From the NCBI RefSeq assembly GCF_009914755.1, contig NC_060948.1: a stretch of 64,000 nt of DNA; one strand, given 5' to 3'. Under the pieces are notes generated by a model. The model did no database searches. It was not told the DNA's origin and saw only the letters and a list, made by a program, of their open reading frames with translations. This DNA comes from the human T2T-CHM13v2.0 reference genome, Homo sapiens. Shown piece after piece: positions 25,462 through 40,666 of this stretch. Within the stretch, counting starts at the first letter, position 1; each line of letters begins with the position of its first letter. The position numbers were made by a program, and so were the translations under genes.

Positions 25462-28329
25462 TGTCTAATCTTTTTTCAAGGTTGTTAACTTCTTTGCAAT
25501 GGGTTCGAACTTCCTCCTTTAGCTTCGAGAAGTTTGATGATCTGACGTCTTCTTCTCTCAACTCATCAGAGTCATTCTCCATCCAGCTTTGTTCCATTGC
25601 TGGTGAGGAGCTGCGTTCCTTTGGAGGAGGAGAGGTGCTCTTGATTTGTAGAATTTTCAGTTTTTCTGTTCTATTTCTTCCCCATGTTTGTGGTTTTATC
25701 TACCTTTAGTCTTTGGTGATGGTGACGTACAGATGGGGTTTTGGTGTGGATGTCCTTTCTGTTTGTTAGTTTTCCTTCTAACAGTCAGGGCCCTCAGCTG
25801 CAGGTCTGTTACAGTTTGCTGGAGGTCCACTCCACACCCTGTTTACCTGGGTATCAGCAGAGTAGGCTGCAGAACAGGGAATATTGCTGAACAGCAAATG
25901 TTACTATCTGATCATTCCTCTGGAGGATTTGTCTCAGAGGCGTACACAGACGTGTGAGATGTCAGTCTACCACTACTTGGGAATGCTTCCCCCATAGGCT
26001 ACTGGGGGGTCAGGGACCCATTTGAGGAGGCAGTTTGTCCATTCTCAGATCTCAAACTCTATGCTGGGAGAGCCTCTAATCTCTTCAAAGCTGTCAAACA
26101 GGGACATTTAAGTCTGCAGAGGTTTCTGCTGCCTTTTGTTTGGCTATGCCCTGCCCCCAGAGGTGGAGTCTACAGAAGCAGGCAGGCCTCCTTGAGCTGC
26201 AGTGGGCTCCACCCAGTTTGAGCTTCCTGGCCACTTTGCTTACTTACTCAAGCCTCAGCTATGGTGGGCACTCCTCCCCCAGCCTCAGTGCCACCTTGCT
26301 GTTTGATCTCAGACTGCTGTGCTAGCAATGAGCAAGGTTCTGTGTATGTGAGCCCCTCTGAGCCATGCTTGGGATATAATCTCCTGGTGTGCCTTTTGCT
26401 AAGACCATTCGAAAAGTGCAGTACTAGGGTGGGAGTGACCTGATTTTCCACGTACTGTCTGTCACAGCTTTGCTTGGCTATGAAAGGGAATTCCCTGACC
26501 TCTTGCACTTTCTGGGTGAGGCGATGTTTCACCCTGCTTTGGTTCACCCTTGGTGTGCTGCACCCACTGTCCTGCACCCACTGACAGACAAGCCCCAGTG
26601 AGATGAACACAGTACCTCAGTTGGAAATGCAGAAATCACCTATCTTCTCTGTCACTCACGCTGGGAGCTACAGACTGGAGCTGTTCCTATTCAGCCATGT
26701 TGGAACCACACCATCTAGTTTCTTCAATGCTGTGCGTATATTGACCTAGCCAGTGCCTGATCATGGGTAGATACTAAAAAAAGTATTGGGTGGCTATAAT
26801 AAAGGTATGTCAATTTTCTCTTGGGCTGGGAGATGACTCTGAAGTGACTTCATTTTGTCTTCTTCTGGGGAAGGGCTTGGGTTCTGAGCTTCATGGCAGT
26901 AATAAGGATTACATGGACTACTATATTTAAAATTCCTTCTAAACTTTTTCCCATTTCTGCTCAATTTTCATTCTCCAATATTTGCAAAACTTAAAGTTCC
27001 ATGACACAAAGCAACCTTGGGTTGGTGGTGTGTTGGGGCATGAAGAAAGATCTGCTTTCTCTTCTGTTGATGAAGACTTTGAAAGGGAAGAACAACAACC
27101 TTAGTAAACATAATAGAAAGATCTGAGAGATTATCAAAATCCAGATGAAGAAGGTAAACAGTGCCTGTGGACCATTTGAAGTACTGGGAAGGACCGTAAA
27201 TCTGCTTGACACTCAACTTGACTCAGAGTATGCAGTCATTTAGTTAAGGGTAGTCCCTGGAAGGCTGGAAAAACTGGAAATCCTTAGATTGGAGTATAAA
27301 ACCTTTATTTCATGTCTTCCACATAAAGGGGTCTCATAAATAAGGATGCTCCTTTCCCACTGTAATTTTTTCTTTGATTCCAGGAAAGCATCCACTGCCA
27401 TTTAACCCAATATTATGCTTATCTGCTGGATATCTTCAGGGATACATGTTTTTAGGTTTTTGTGATACTCATAGAATGCCATAAGGATAAGAAATGATTC
27501 CTGCCATTATTCTGTCTCCCTTCCCACCTGAAACCCACTCAAATGAACTATGGTATGGTAAGAAAAGCAAGGGTTATCTTCATATGGGCTTTTCACAGTA
27601 TCCCAATTCTGTGCGCATGTGGGCAAACGAGTAGAAACATATGCAAATATCCATGGTATTGTCTAAGCTTTTTATGACCAAGTGATTTTTGAGAACAATG
27701 TGGAAATTCTATGTATTCCTTTACCCTTTATATCTGTTGTATGGTACTGTCACTGTTTATTTTCTTTATACTCCAATGTCTTTTTTCTTCCCCTCCTTTT
27801 ACTTACCCAATTTTCTTCTTTTTCTATCTTCAAACCATTCTTTTCTCTCTTCACTCATGAATCCCTCTATCTTCAACTATAACTTTTATATATTGAAGGA
27901 TTTTAGTTATGTTTCTAACTTTTTCCTGAGTTCTGTTTCTGCTTGATTTTCTGCAACTTGCTGCCTCTCTCTCTCTCTATTCACTATCATCTTCCACTGT
28001 GTTCCAAACTGCATTCACCATCTGACACAAATTAGATCATGTTCCCAATGAGCTGCTTTCTCAGATAAGGAGGAAATTAAACAGATTCACTCATGACCAT
28101 ATAAAATGTTTAGACCAGTGAAATTAAGCAGACATGATGTAAATTTTATCCAAGCAGAAGACTCAAGACATTCTTTAACCCTGTACCTCCGGCTGTCCAC
28201 CATGAGGACAGCATGAAATGCTTCTTTGGCTTCCAAATAGGAATCCAGCACGGCTGAACCCAGCAGAGCCCAACTGAGCTGTAGTTGACCTGTAGCCATC
28301 TTTTCACACAGGCACATTTATTGTTGAAT

Positions 28330-28830
28330 TGGAGCTATTTGTTACTGAAGCAGAAGCTGAAATATACACCATCTTTCTTCCAAATTTAGCTTTTCCTTCT
28401 TTGATATTTCTGTTAATGCCACCACGTCTTTCAGTTCATAAACCTAAACTTTTTTGTGACATTTACTCTCTCTTGCTTTCCTTTCAATCACTCACCAAGA
28501 TATTTTGAGATGCCTTTGTAACATTGACTTTATCCTTCTATTTTTCCCTATTACTTGTCTATCACTGCCCTGGTGCTGATACCAAATTTGAGATCTCACT
28601 TGGATTATTGCTGATTTTGTCTACTAAACTCTTCACCTTAATGCATTCAACACACAATACCACTAAGCTAGTCTTCTGCTGTAGAATTCCAGCTATGCTA
28701 CTTCAGTGAAAAATCCTCAGATTGGATCTTCAAATTTACACAATTAACTCCACACTTTGGATTAGTAATCAAGGGCTTTGACTACTTTTCAAGTCTTCCA
28801 TTTCATTTTTTACTCCATGTTTTAACACAA
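28330..28830. mobile_element. Old L2 fragment (tentative)
   Basis: Degenerate L2-like motifs (caatcactcaccaag.., atctcacttggattattgc). Confidence 0.4.
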
Positions 28831-28881
28831 GGATTCTTATTGTCAACCAACAATTTGCAACCCTCTATCAAAGACTTTTCT

Positions 28882-28957
28882 CACCATCACTATCATCTTC
28901 ATCATCATCACAACCATCACCATCATCACCATCATCATTGATATCATCATCATCATC
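28882..28957. repeat. (CAT/CAC)n low-complexity repeat
   Basis: Directly visible. Confidence 0.9.
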
Positions 28958-30049
28958 CTGTTTATCAACTGCAAGGTCACTCCTCTTACTCCTCTCTCCC
29001 TTTCACCACCACACTTTCAGGCCATGCAGGCTTAGATGGACATCAGTCGAGGTAAAATTTTGCAAAAGCTTCCCTTTGGAAATAAAGCTTTGCCTCTTTG
29101 AAAATCATAGAGCTTGTAAAAGATTTCTTTGTGTTTCTTGCTGTCACCTTGCTCACAGAATTCAGTCAACATTTACTGATATGTAGCATGAGATAAGCAC
29201 TGAGTGAGACAGTGTAATGAAAAGTGAATTGCATGGGATTCCTATATCCCAGTGAACTTACAATACATATACAGACATTAATTGTAACATGATAAGAAAA
29301 GCATCAGAGGATGTATGTACAAGGGATAAAAGTTATGAAAACAATTAGAAGAGAATTATCAGTTGTTGAAAAATATTTAAAAAATGGTACTTGTTTGTTT
29401 ATTTTCTTTTTTTGAAAGTTTATTTTATTAATATATTTTTTAGAAATTGGGTATGGGGAGAGTATCCCAGGATCAGTGAGCAGCTATGTGTATAACTCTC
29501 AGATGCATCATTTTCTATCTCCTGTCTTCATTCCTTCTCACATTTATGGCCTTTGACTTTTCTCTGATGGTGATTTAAAAGTTAATGTTCCCTGTTATAT
29601 TACTTTCCCCTACATTCCTGACTTACTCCCTCTAGAGTTCTCAAAAACTGCCTTTGCTCATTATATAGGTCACCCAAATGACTCAGGCCCTCCCTCTGGG
29701 AGGTTGCCCTTCTCTGAAACATCCCAGTAGAACGATTTAGGTACTCTCCCAAAGATTATAGAAAGCCCAAAGCTACTTCCTATTGTGAGGTGCTTCAGTG
29801 GGAGAAAGGTGAATAATTGTTATCATAGCCACTGGGTTGCAATGTGCCTCTTCTTGTTTCAATCTCCAGCTTCTGGCAAAATTCTCCATCAACTCTACCT
29901 GCCGAAGTATGACCTTGGAAGCCTTCTGTCTCAAAGATTGGCTAAATTTGTCCCAATCTCAAATTCATCTTCTCTCCTTCATCTTCCAAATTCAATACTG
30001 ATGATAATAATTGGTATCTATCTAGAGTCTTGACAGCCTTGGCCAGTTT

Positions 30050-30200
30050 CCATATATTACTTATTTGATTATCACAACCACCCTGCAAAGTTAGTGCCAA
30101 TACCACTGCTCCCATTTTACATAGTAGGAAGTTGAGGCACAGTGAGTTTGAACAGCTTGCCTTTGGTCATTCAGTTCTAAGATGGCAGAATTACTATTCC
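30050..30200 (-). mobile_element. MIR fragment
   Basis: cacaaccaccctgcaaag..ccattttacatagtaggaagttgaggcacag. Confidence 0.6.
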
Positions 30201-30466
30201 ATCTTCTTACCTTCCTAATGAGAACTTTAGAAAGTCTGTGCTTTATATTCATGTTCCTCTTCTATCGTATGAGAACTTCAAAATCTAGGAAATTCCTGCT
30301 CTACTTTGCATTATCTTAACCTCTGTACAACCTCATCACGTGAACATGGAACAGAACATAATGAAAGTCAATATCATACAGGATGGGGCATATGAGGACA
30401 ATAAAACTTCAAATATCACCACTCCTTAAGGCAATGGAAATGTCAAACCCTGATAAATCTCTTCAC

Positions 30467-30660
30467 CAGTGGTTCTTAATTTTGGATGCACTTTGAAATC
30501 ATTGAAGGGTTTAAGAAATTTGATGTCGATAACATCTCTCTCTTCCCATTACCCCACTGTTAGGAATTCAAATTCAATTAGTTTAGGGAATGTTTGGGGT
30601 GTTGGTATTTGTGCAAGCTCCCTGTGATTCTAATAATCAGCCAAGATTGAGAACTTCTGT
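30467..30660. mobile_element. MER5A/B DNA transposon fossil
   Basis: cagtggttcttaat..gtgattctaat..cagccaagattgagaac. Confidence 0.65.
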
Positions 30661-32406
30661 TCTAGCTTGCATCTCTGTAGACTTCACTCTACTTCCTTAC
30701 TTTCATTCTAAGAACTTTAGATCCAATCTTGCTTGAAGCTCCAACCTTTTATTCCTTCAGCTGTTAGCTGTCAACTCTGATTTCCAATCACTATGCTGAG
30801 CTGAGCCATCAACATCCTTACTTTGCCTGAACCTCTTCCATGCACACCAGCATGGGTCATATGCCACCCTTTGCAAAGTCAAAAAGGCTCATTGACATTT
30901 TAGTTTACTTGCCCAAAAGAACAATTTTCTTTCTAAATGGAATTATTTGCCACCTTAGTGCACTGGTTTAAATGGTATTTTTCCTTCTAAAGTGAAACTA
31001 GCCTGAGAATATATGTCATTTCAGCCATTTGAAAAATAGTTATTAGTCTGGGATAAGTAGATAGAATATATAGTATATAATAAAAACATATAAATATAAA
31101 ATGTAAGTATAAAGTTATACACATGTGTATGAGTGTGTGTGTGTATGAATAGATTCAAGATTGAGGGACTCATTTTTGAGACTACTATTAAATCCATTGT
31201 AAAATAACCTGCTAAATCCTTTATTACACCAACACCGAAATCTCACACTGTACTTACTACTGCCTATTTTAGTGCACACCATAAAAATAGCATACCTGGC
31301 ACCTTTAGCATTCATTAAACCCAGTTAAAGGATTTCATCTGAGCACGCATGTCATCTGTTTATAAAAAGCTTCCTAGGTGTAAAAGGGAATACCACACTC
31401 CTGAATATTATCCAACTTGTCGGACACATCTTAATGTAGCCTGAATTATTCACTCTTATTTTAAAAGTCTTTTTCTATTTCTCTTTGGAAGTTATGAAAT
31501 AACAGATGCAGAAATGAAGAGATGGGATTCCAAGTGGAGAGATGGATAACCCAAACAGTCACATGTAGGAGGGAAAACATAATTTGGGGGACATTTTCAA
31601 GCACAAATAATAAATTAAAAAGAAATCTTAGTTTTTTGTTTGACACATTCCTCCCTTTTGAGTGCACAAGAAAACATGCGTTAAAGAAGCAGTTTGCCAT
31701 AATGTAGCCTGGACCTACATCTGACTCCCAGTTATTGAATTGCCCATTTACTTGACCTGCAACATCAATGGCAATGCAACTGCTCTGAGGCAGAGGTGGC
31801 TACCTGTCCACCAAGCACCATGCACTGCCTGCCATATTGAATGTAAATCCTGAGGTAAAGACTACATTTCCCATGCTTCCTTGCACTGAGGTGGTATCTT
31901 GTGATGAATTCCCACCAATTAAGTGATATGATAAATTCCTGCCAGTGGAGTGTTGTGATGAATTCCCACAAATGCTGTGTGTTCTTTCCAGGCTCAGGAG
32001 TAAATAAGCAAGGATGGTTTTCTACCTCTTTGTTCTAATTACCCATTCAGTAAAAATTACAAGGCACTAGGGGATAGGAAGGACAAGGTGGGAAGAACTT
32101 GAGTTCTTGAATGAATTCAGAGCACCTTCAAAGGTTGTCCACAGAGGCGCTGTATTATCCTACTATACCTTATCTTCTTATCCTCACTGCTGCCATACCT
32201 GTTGAGAAACACTCCTGCCCTTGACATCAGAAAGCAATACTTATCAAAGTATGCTTCTGCTAGACTGAGGTTTATTTTACCCATGGTATATTTCCACAAA
32301 GCCACAAATGTTTTCATATTTAAATGAAATAATATTTGTGAAAGGCTCCTCTAGAAATGATATATAAATACTATCTATTATTGTTATATATGTGTGTATG
32401 TGTGTA

Positions 32407-32712
32407 TTTTTTTGTCTTTTTTTTGAGATGGAGTCTCCTGTCACCCAGGCTGGGTGCAGTGGTGCAATCTCGACTCACCACAACCTCCACCTCCCAGGTT
32501 CAAGCAATTCTCCTGCCTCACTCAGCCTCCTGAGTAGCTGGGATTACAGGCATGCACTACCATGACTGGCTATTTTTTTTTTTTTGTATTTTTAGTAGAG
32601 ATGGGGTTTCACCATATAGGCTACGGTGGTCTCAACCTCCTGACCTTGTGATTTGCCTGCCTCAGCCTTCCAAAGTGCTGGAATTACAGGCGTGAGCCAC
32701 CATGCCCAGCCA
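32407..32712 (-). mobile_element. AluS
   Basis: Poly(T) and a full reverse Alu dimer. Confidence 0.92.
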
Positions 32713-33799
32713 TTATTATTATTATTTCTTGGATGCAATGATGTTAATAGCATAACTCCAATTTACACAATGAATTGTAATTTTTTAAAAGCATTCCCTT
32801 ATACTGCCATTTAAAGTGTATAACAATACTGTAGGCTGAACATTATTTCTTTATTCCAGATTAGAGGACTAGGATTCATGGGATTATGCATCAACTTAAG
32901 TTCTGCCCACAAGTAAGTGATAGAGAAATGTCATCTGCAGCCCAGACAAGTGTCCCTGTTACAATTTAGTTGGATTACTAATCAGAGCATAGATTACAAT
33001 TTTTTACAAGTCCCTATTCACAATCTTAAGACTCTTAGCCCTCTTTATCATTTAAGAGATTTCTAAATAAGTATATTTTATATTTTAAAAAAGTAATAAA
33101 AGAGATTGGAGAATAGTGAAGCACTGTGAGTGGAATTTAGCTTCAACTTTCTGTTATGAAAAAGAAATATGGACATGTGGATTTTGGAAGAATGAAAGCA
33201 AAGCTATTTTTCACTGATGTTCAGCAACATGAGTTTTAAGACAATAAGAAAAAACAAGCCAAAAAAAAAAAAAAAACTAAGAGTTTCCACATATAACAGG
33301 AGACTCACACAGTCTTTTTTCATTATTTTATGTTATATAAGCTTTTGTGAAATATGTCAACATAATGCAATCTTACATTTTCTGGGCCTAGCTGAAGGGT
33401 TGAAGTTTTTAGTTTTTTCCTCAAGATTTGGCTTTGAATCATTATAAAAATAGCTTACGTGTATAAACATTTTCTATCTTACTTTCTGGATGATGGAAGG
33501 AGGCTGAGTTTCATTTTAAGTAAGTATTTAAAGGAAGAGATAAAAAATGATTTTCAGATGACTGTATTAAAACCCACTGCAGTTTTATTTTTTATTGTTG
33601 ATTCTGGAAAGGTGAGACTTTTATTAGGCCAGGATTTAAACTAATAGAAAAAAAAAAAAACACTGATATTTTTCTACAGAAAATACTGCCTTTAATACAT
33701 TCTCAGAGAAAGATAATCTGTCTTGATGTCCCCCTTGCTGAAGCAAGAGCAGACACAAAACCTACCGTGGATCCAGGTGGCTGGAGGACAAGTGGGAGC

Positions 33800-33931
33800 A
33801 GGAGAAGGAGAGGAGGAAGAGGAAGAAAGGAAGAGGAAGAGTAGGAGAAGGAGAAGGAGAAGAAGGAGGAGGAGGAGAGGAGGAGGAAGAGAAGGAAAGG
33901 GCAGAGGAAAGGGAAGAGGAGAGGGAGGAGA
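33800..33931. repeat. Polypurine (GGA/GAA) tract
   Basis: Almost pure purine run of ~130 bp. Confidence 0.9.
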
Positions 33932-34040
33932 CAAGAAGATTATACTCCTTTGTAGTTATCAAATTAGAAGTTGTTAAAATGATAGCAATTCTTGGGAAAC
34001 ATGGAGGTAAAATATGCACTCTCATAGGCTGGCACAGTGA

Positions 34041-34366
<326 letters not shown>

Positions 34367-35094
34367 TGAAAAAAACTCTTTGAAGGGCACTTAGGAAGGA
34401 GAATTGGCCCCTGCTTGGAGAGGAAAAACAAGTTTCCAGCATTTTCACATGCATAGCTGGAACTAGCTTCTATCTTTGTGAAAAGCCTTTATTTCATAGT
34501 GTAACTGTTATAAATAATAAGACATAGAAATATATTAGAATGTAATATTCTACATAATGTAATATATATTGGAATAGAAAAGAATGAATAAATAAAAGTT
34601 ATTTGCAATATCATTTATCAAAGATAAATATTCTGAACATGCCCAGATTTTGGTTAGTGTGTATGCACACTATGTAATTGCAGTTTGGATTATAAATCAG
34701 ATCATGTGGTTTAAAGTTCACCTCCGCCCCCAAAACCCCAATATGTCCTTTGCATAGCTCAACATCAGTCAGCCTCATCCTAGGGATGTATGGATGTGTC
34801 ACTAAGTATTTAATCCTATCTTGGGGGGCTTCTAGACTGTTTCACAACTTTGCCCACCTCTGCAAAGAATTCCCATAGTCTCTGAAATTCCGAGATATGG
34901 AATGGCCACAGTGAAGTGTATGAGCATGTTTAAGGCTCTTGCAAAACATTTCCAAAATGCCTTTCAAAGAGCTTTTTCCAGTTTATATTGTCACCATGCC
35001 AGCCAGCCTATGAGAGTCCACATTTTATTTCCATATTTCTCAGATGAATTACTATCATTTTAACAACTCGCATTTTGATAACCACAAAGCAGTA

Positions 35095-35183
35095 TGCTCT
35101 TCTTCTCTCCTCCCTCTCCTCTTCTCTTTCCTCTTCACTCTCCTCATTCTCTTCCTCCTTTCTCCTCCTCCTCCTCCTCTTCT
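35095..35183. repeat. CT-rich low-complexity tract (a second lies at 35547-35642)
   Basis: Directly visible. Confidence 0.85.
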
Positions 35184-35714
35184 TGCAGGAGCACAGATAA
35201 TCACTTAAAAAGAGATCTTGGTTATTTTTTGTTTGGGTGTTGGTATTTGTGCAAACTCCCTGGAGATTCTAACGTTCAGCCAAGATTGAGTACTGCTGTT
35301 CTATCTTGTGTCTTTGTAGACTTCACTCTACCTCCTTACTTTTATTATAAGATGAAATCTTAGATAGAATCTTTAGATGCAATCTTACACCAAACTCTCA
35401 TTCCCACAAATGGGAGGAGTAAACCTCCAAATTCCAATCACTATACTGAGTTGAGCCATCAACATCCCTACTTTGCCTCAACTTATTTTATGCTCACCAG
35501 CACTGAGACACACTCTACTTTTTGCAAAGTCGCTTGTGTCAATGACCTCCTATTCCTCTTCCTCTTCATCCTTCTTTCTTCTTCCTTCTTCTTTCCTTCT
35601 CCCCCTCCTCTTTTTACTCCTCCTCCTCACCCCCTTCTTCTTTGCCAAACTACCTAATTTGGCCATCTCTTGGAAGACTTTCATTTCTTGGTTTGTCCTT
35701 ACATTTCCTTTTTA

Positions 35715-35965
35715 AAAATTTTAACTGACATAGTATAATGTATGGAGTACATAGTGATGTTTTGATACATATGATGTATACTGATCAGATTACAGTAATT
35801 ATCGTGTTCATCATCTCAAACATATGTCATTTCTTTGTGTGGGGAACATTCAGTTCCCACTTTCTAACTATAGGAAACTATATATTTTTATTACTATAGT
35901 CATTCTACAGGGATATAGAACACTAGAACTTATTCTTTCTGTCTAGCTGTAATTTTGTATCATTT
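35715..35965 (-). mobile_element. Old L1M (L1MA-like) 3' fragment
   Basis: catcatctcaaaca..catttctttgtgtggggaacattc..gaacactagaacttatt. Confidence 0.7.
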
Positions 35966-36159
35966 ATCTACTGAGCTGCTCAGGCTTAGTTTGCTGAGTA
36001 GTAAGAATTAATCTACATAGCAAGCCTTAAATATAGCAAATACATAAAAAGGCATTAATATTGTTCTAAATATAACAAATATTTTGTTCACAGTTGTCGT
36101 TTATTCTATTTTGTTTATGAAACTGCATTTTTGGAATGCACAGTAGTGTTAAATTGTTT

Positions 36160-36437
36160 AAGCAAACTATCACAAGGACAGAAAACCAAACACCACATGT
36201 TCTCACTCATAAGTGGAAATTGAACAATGAGAACACTTAGTCACAGGAAGAGGAACATCACACACCAGAGCCTGTCATGGGGTCGGGGGAGCAGGGAGGG
36301 ATAGCATTAGGAGAAATGCCTAACGTAAATGATGAGTTAATGGGTGCAGCACACCAAAGTGGCACATGTATGCATATGTAACAAACCTGCATGTTGTGCA
36401 CATGTACCCTAGAACTTAAAGTATAATAATAATAAAA
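36160..36437 (+). mobile_element. 5'-truncated L1PA (PA5/6-like) 3' end
   Basis: 3'UTR and poly(A); TSD aaattgttt on both sides. Confidence 0.9.
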
Positions 36438-36577
36438 AAAATTGTTTGTGGCTGTTATCTTTTATTTTTCCTTTGTTATTCACTCTTCTTTGTATTTAGA
36501 AAGTCACTCTTCTTTCTGATATGAGATATTGCCCAGATGTCTTTTATAATATTTTTCATTTTTAATTATCAGAATTT

Positions 36578-36860
36578 GGCCAGGAGCAGTGGCTCACACC
36601 TGTAATCCTAGCAGTTGAGGAGGCTAAGCTGGAAGGATTGCTTGAGGCCAAGAATTTAGACCAGTCTGGACAATACAGTGAAACCATCTCTACCATTTTT
36701 TTTAATTAGGTGGATGTGTTGGCATATGCCTGTAGTCCCCCCTACTTGGCAAACAGAGGTAGGAGGATTGCTTGAACCCAGAAGTTGGGGGATGCATTGA
36801 GTTATGATTGTGCTACTGCACTCTAATATGGGGGATAAAGCAAGACCTTGTTTCTAAAAA
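36578..36860 (+). mobile_element. AluJ
   Basis: Diverged Alu dimer followed by a TA-rich tail. Confidence 0.85.
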
Positions 36861-37011
36861 TATATAATACATATAAGTATATATATATATATAATATATA
36901 TTATGTATACGTATATGAACTTAAAGCATTAGGAACTCACTTGAGTATATGGTGTGAAACCAAGATCTAACTTTGTTTTACCTGAATATTAAACCACTTA
37001 TTCTAATATCA

Positions 37012-37322
37012 TGTATTAGTCTGTTTTCATGCTGCTATGAAGAAATACCCGAGACTGGATAATTTATAAAAAAAGAGGTTTCATTGACTCACAGTTCCAC
37101 ATGGCTGGAGAGGCCTCAGGAAAATTATAATCATAGAGGAAGGCACCTCTTCACAGGGTGGGAGGAGAGAATGAGAGCTGAACAAAGGGGGAAAAACTCC
37201 TTATAAGACCAGGACCCACAATGATTCAATTATCTCCCACCGGGTCCCTACCATGACATGTGGGGATTACGGGAACTGCAATTAAAGATAAGATTTGGGT
37301 TGAAGCATAGCCAAACCGTCTT
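37012..37322 (-). mobile_element. THE1 (MaLR) solo LTR
   Basis: tgtattagtctgttttcatgctgct..atacccgagactgg..gatttgggt..agccaaacc. Confidence 0.88.
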
Positions 37323-37966
37323 GTACCATGTGTTAAGTAATTTATTATTTCCTCAGTGACCACATATGTCACTCACATTAAACATCCATGTGAGTTTCTG
37401 TTCTCTGTTTTATTTTAGGGTGTCTTAACAATATATTTTAATATGATAACCCATGCTTTCTTATATTTTCCATATTGTTATATGTATTCATACTAATTTT
37501 TGCCTTTAGATAAATTTCATTTACTAAATGTTTATCACCAAAAGTCATTGAGATTTTAATTGAATTTCTTTTAAAAGATAAATCAAACTTTTAGTATGTA
37601 TTCTTTATAATATTGTGTTTCATCATGGAAGGTCATATATATTTCCAGGTTTTCAGCATCTTTGTAGAAGCCTTGAACACTTTTGCTAAACTTTCTTGGG
37701 AAGCTCTTGTTTATTTGCATCATTTTGAGCTGAGCTACTTAATTCATCATATTGCCTGTGAAAAAGTATAGCTTTCTCTCTCTTCCCATTGTTATTTCTA
37801 TGGCTTCTTTTTCTTGTTTTATTCTACCGGCTACTTTTCAAAGCCGTAGTTCACAATGTTTCTGATTCTTAGAGAAGAAAAATGTCTGTAGAACAGCCTT
37901 TTGTAGGTAATGCCCAGAAGTCTGGTTCTGATTTTAGCAGACTGTCTAAAAAATAAAACAACAAGG

Positions 37967-38337
<371 letters not shown>

Positions 38338-39276
38338 TCATGACGTTGAAGAATCTTCCCAAGTCTAGATTACTAAGTGTGCTCTGTTTTTGAAAGGGTT
38401 GTTGAAATTGAACAAGGGCATCCTCACACCTTTATGCATAAGTGGTGCTTTGGAATGGGCTCATTCTGACTTTAAGGAACTAACCATGAAACATGCAGGA
38501 ATTGTGCGAGCCATCTCTCCAACTGTTTGTAGCTTTAGTGGGAGAATTTATGCCATGGAAATTGGCTAAAACCACTAATCAGTATGTGTGTGTATTTTGA
38601 GAGCTGATTTACTTAGCACACTATCTATTATATAGATAATCTCATCCATGCCTTTATTTAATAAGGGGCATATTCTACACACCAAACAAGTTAGAAAGAC
38701 ATTAATAAAAATTTCAATAATGAAGGCAAAGTTTCAATGAATAATTACACCAACAACCAATTGATAATACAGTTATGATCAGTACCATAAATGTCAGATG
38801 CTGTCATAGAGTTTATAAAACAGATGTGTGGTGAAATCTGGTGCAAGATTTCCCAAGGAAATGATGTGTCGACTTTCACCATGCCATTTTTCAGGACTCT
38901 TGATCTATCACATAAATATATAAACAGTTTTTTCCTAACTGGATTTGCCTGCATCACATTCAGGGAAAGCATATTTTATTTTAAGAGCTTACCACAATCA
39001 ATAGAGCTCACTTCTGTGTGTATGTCCAGGCCTCAGGATTAAGTAGTTAAAGATTGACTGATGGGAGGGAGATCTGAGATGGAAAGAACAAGATAGAGCA
39101 TTGAGAACAGAATATGTAGGAGAGTCTCTGCCATCTCTTCTGAAAGGTTTGCCATTTCAAGATTTCCCAGGTTTGCTTTCTCACAGATAAAGTGACCACC
39201 AAGTCTGGTCGTTTGGTGTTGAGATACATAATTATCTGTGTGTGACAGATTGCTCCCCAGAAAACAAAATGAAAGA

Positions 39277-39858
39277 ATTCCATTGTATATGTGGACCACA
39301 TTTACTTTATCCAATCAGTCACTGATGGGCATTTAAGTTGATTCCATGACTTTGCTATTGTAGATAGTGCTACAATGAACATTCAGGTACATGTGTCTTT
39401 ATGGAAGAATGATTTATATTCCTCTGCGTATATACCCAGTAATGGGATTGCTGGGTCAAAAGGAATTTCTGCTTACTGTGCAGCCATAAAAAAGAATGAG
39501 ATTATGTCTTTTGCAGGAACATGGATGGAGCTGGAGGCTATTATCCTTAGCAAACTAACACAAGAACAGAAAACCAAATACTGCATGTTCTCACTGATAA
39601 GTGGGAGGTAAATGATAAGAAATTATGAACACAAAGAAGGAAACAACAGACACTGGGTTCTACTTGAGGGGGGAGGGTGGGAGGAAGGAGATGAAAGAGG
39701 GAGAGAGGAAGGGAGAGGAGCAGAAAAGATAACTGTTGGGTACTGGGTTTAATAAGTGAGTGATGAAATAATCTGCACAACATTCCCCCCAACACAAGTT
39801 TACCATTGCAACAAACCTTCACATGTACCCTCAAACCTAAAGCACAAGTTTAAAAAAC
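39277..39858 (+). mobile_element. Older L1 (L1PB/late L1PA) 3' end with a 5' inversion
   Basis: 39277-39472 minus-oriented; 39473-39858 plus-oriented and contiguous in L1 coordinates. Confidence 0.8.
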
Positions 39859-40666
39859 TAATGAATTTCACATGGTATGAAAGGAAATGAAATAAAAGTG
39901 TAACTTGGAGTAATTCATATTCTCTAACTTTCCACCCAAATTCTACACACATTTAAGTAGGTTCTACTTATTTAAGTAGGTTCTTGGAATTTGTACCCCT
40001 CCATGATGGCCTTTTTGTTTTGAGTTTGTCAATAACCCAAGTGCCAACATGTTTACTTGACCAAACATTCTTTATGTTACCTTTATGCAATAGAAGCACC
40101 ATTTATCTATTGTGTTTGCTGTTAAGATAGCTGATGAAATACCAGTACAACATGTTTATGAATGAGTTGCTTTTAATTGAACTGAAACTTTAGTTCTTAG
40201 CAACAGAATTCCAAGTATAGTTGACCCTACATGACAGTTTAAACAAACAGGAATGTGGTAAATCAATGTTGTTTCATATATTTTAGTTTCAGTCATTTAC
40301 AATTTTCCATATTGATTGAATAACTACCACCCAACATCATTCACCGTTTGATGGAGGAAATGAGACAGATGAACCAGTGAGTGTTGACAGGCTAAATGAC
40401 CTCCTATACGCTTATTAGCAGAGGTAGATTAGGGGGCTGCAAAGTGAATAAATTTGGGTTAGAAATGGGGTCTCAGAAGAAAATTCACTCAAGAATGGCT
40501 ATAATTTGTACAAGCCCCTTTAGCAGAGAATTGTCAGCTTGAGCCAGACCCAGGGATGTGGTTCTCTAGGGTGATTTTGGGAAAGAATGAGTGGTTCCGT
40601 TTGGCTTAAAGATGGGTTGTATGGGGCTTGGGGTGGAAGAAAATGCTGGAAGTATTATGCTACATT

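Noticed and set aside
26850-27400. Possible exon or miRNA-like sequence in unique DNA
   Set aside because: No recognisable protein similarity or strong hairpin; only a short motif resemblance that I cannot verify
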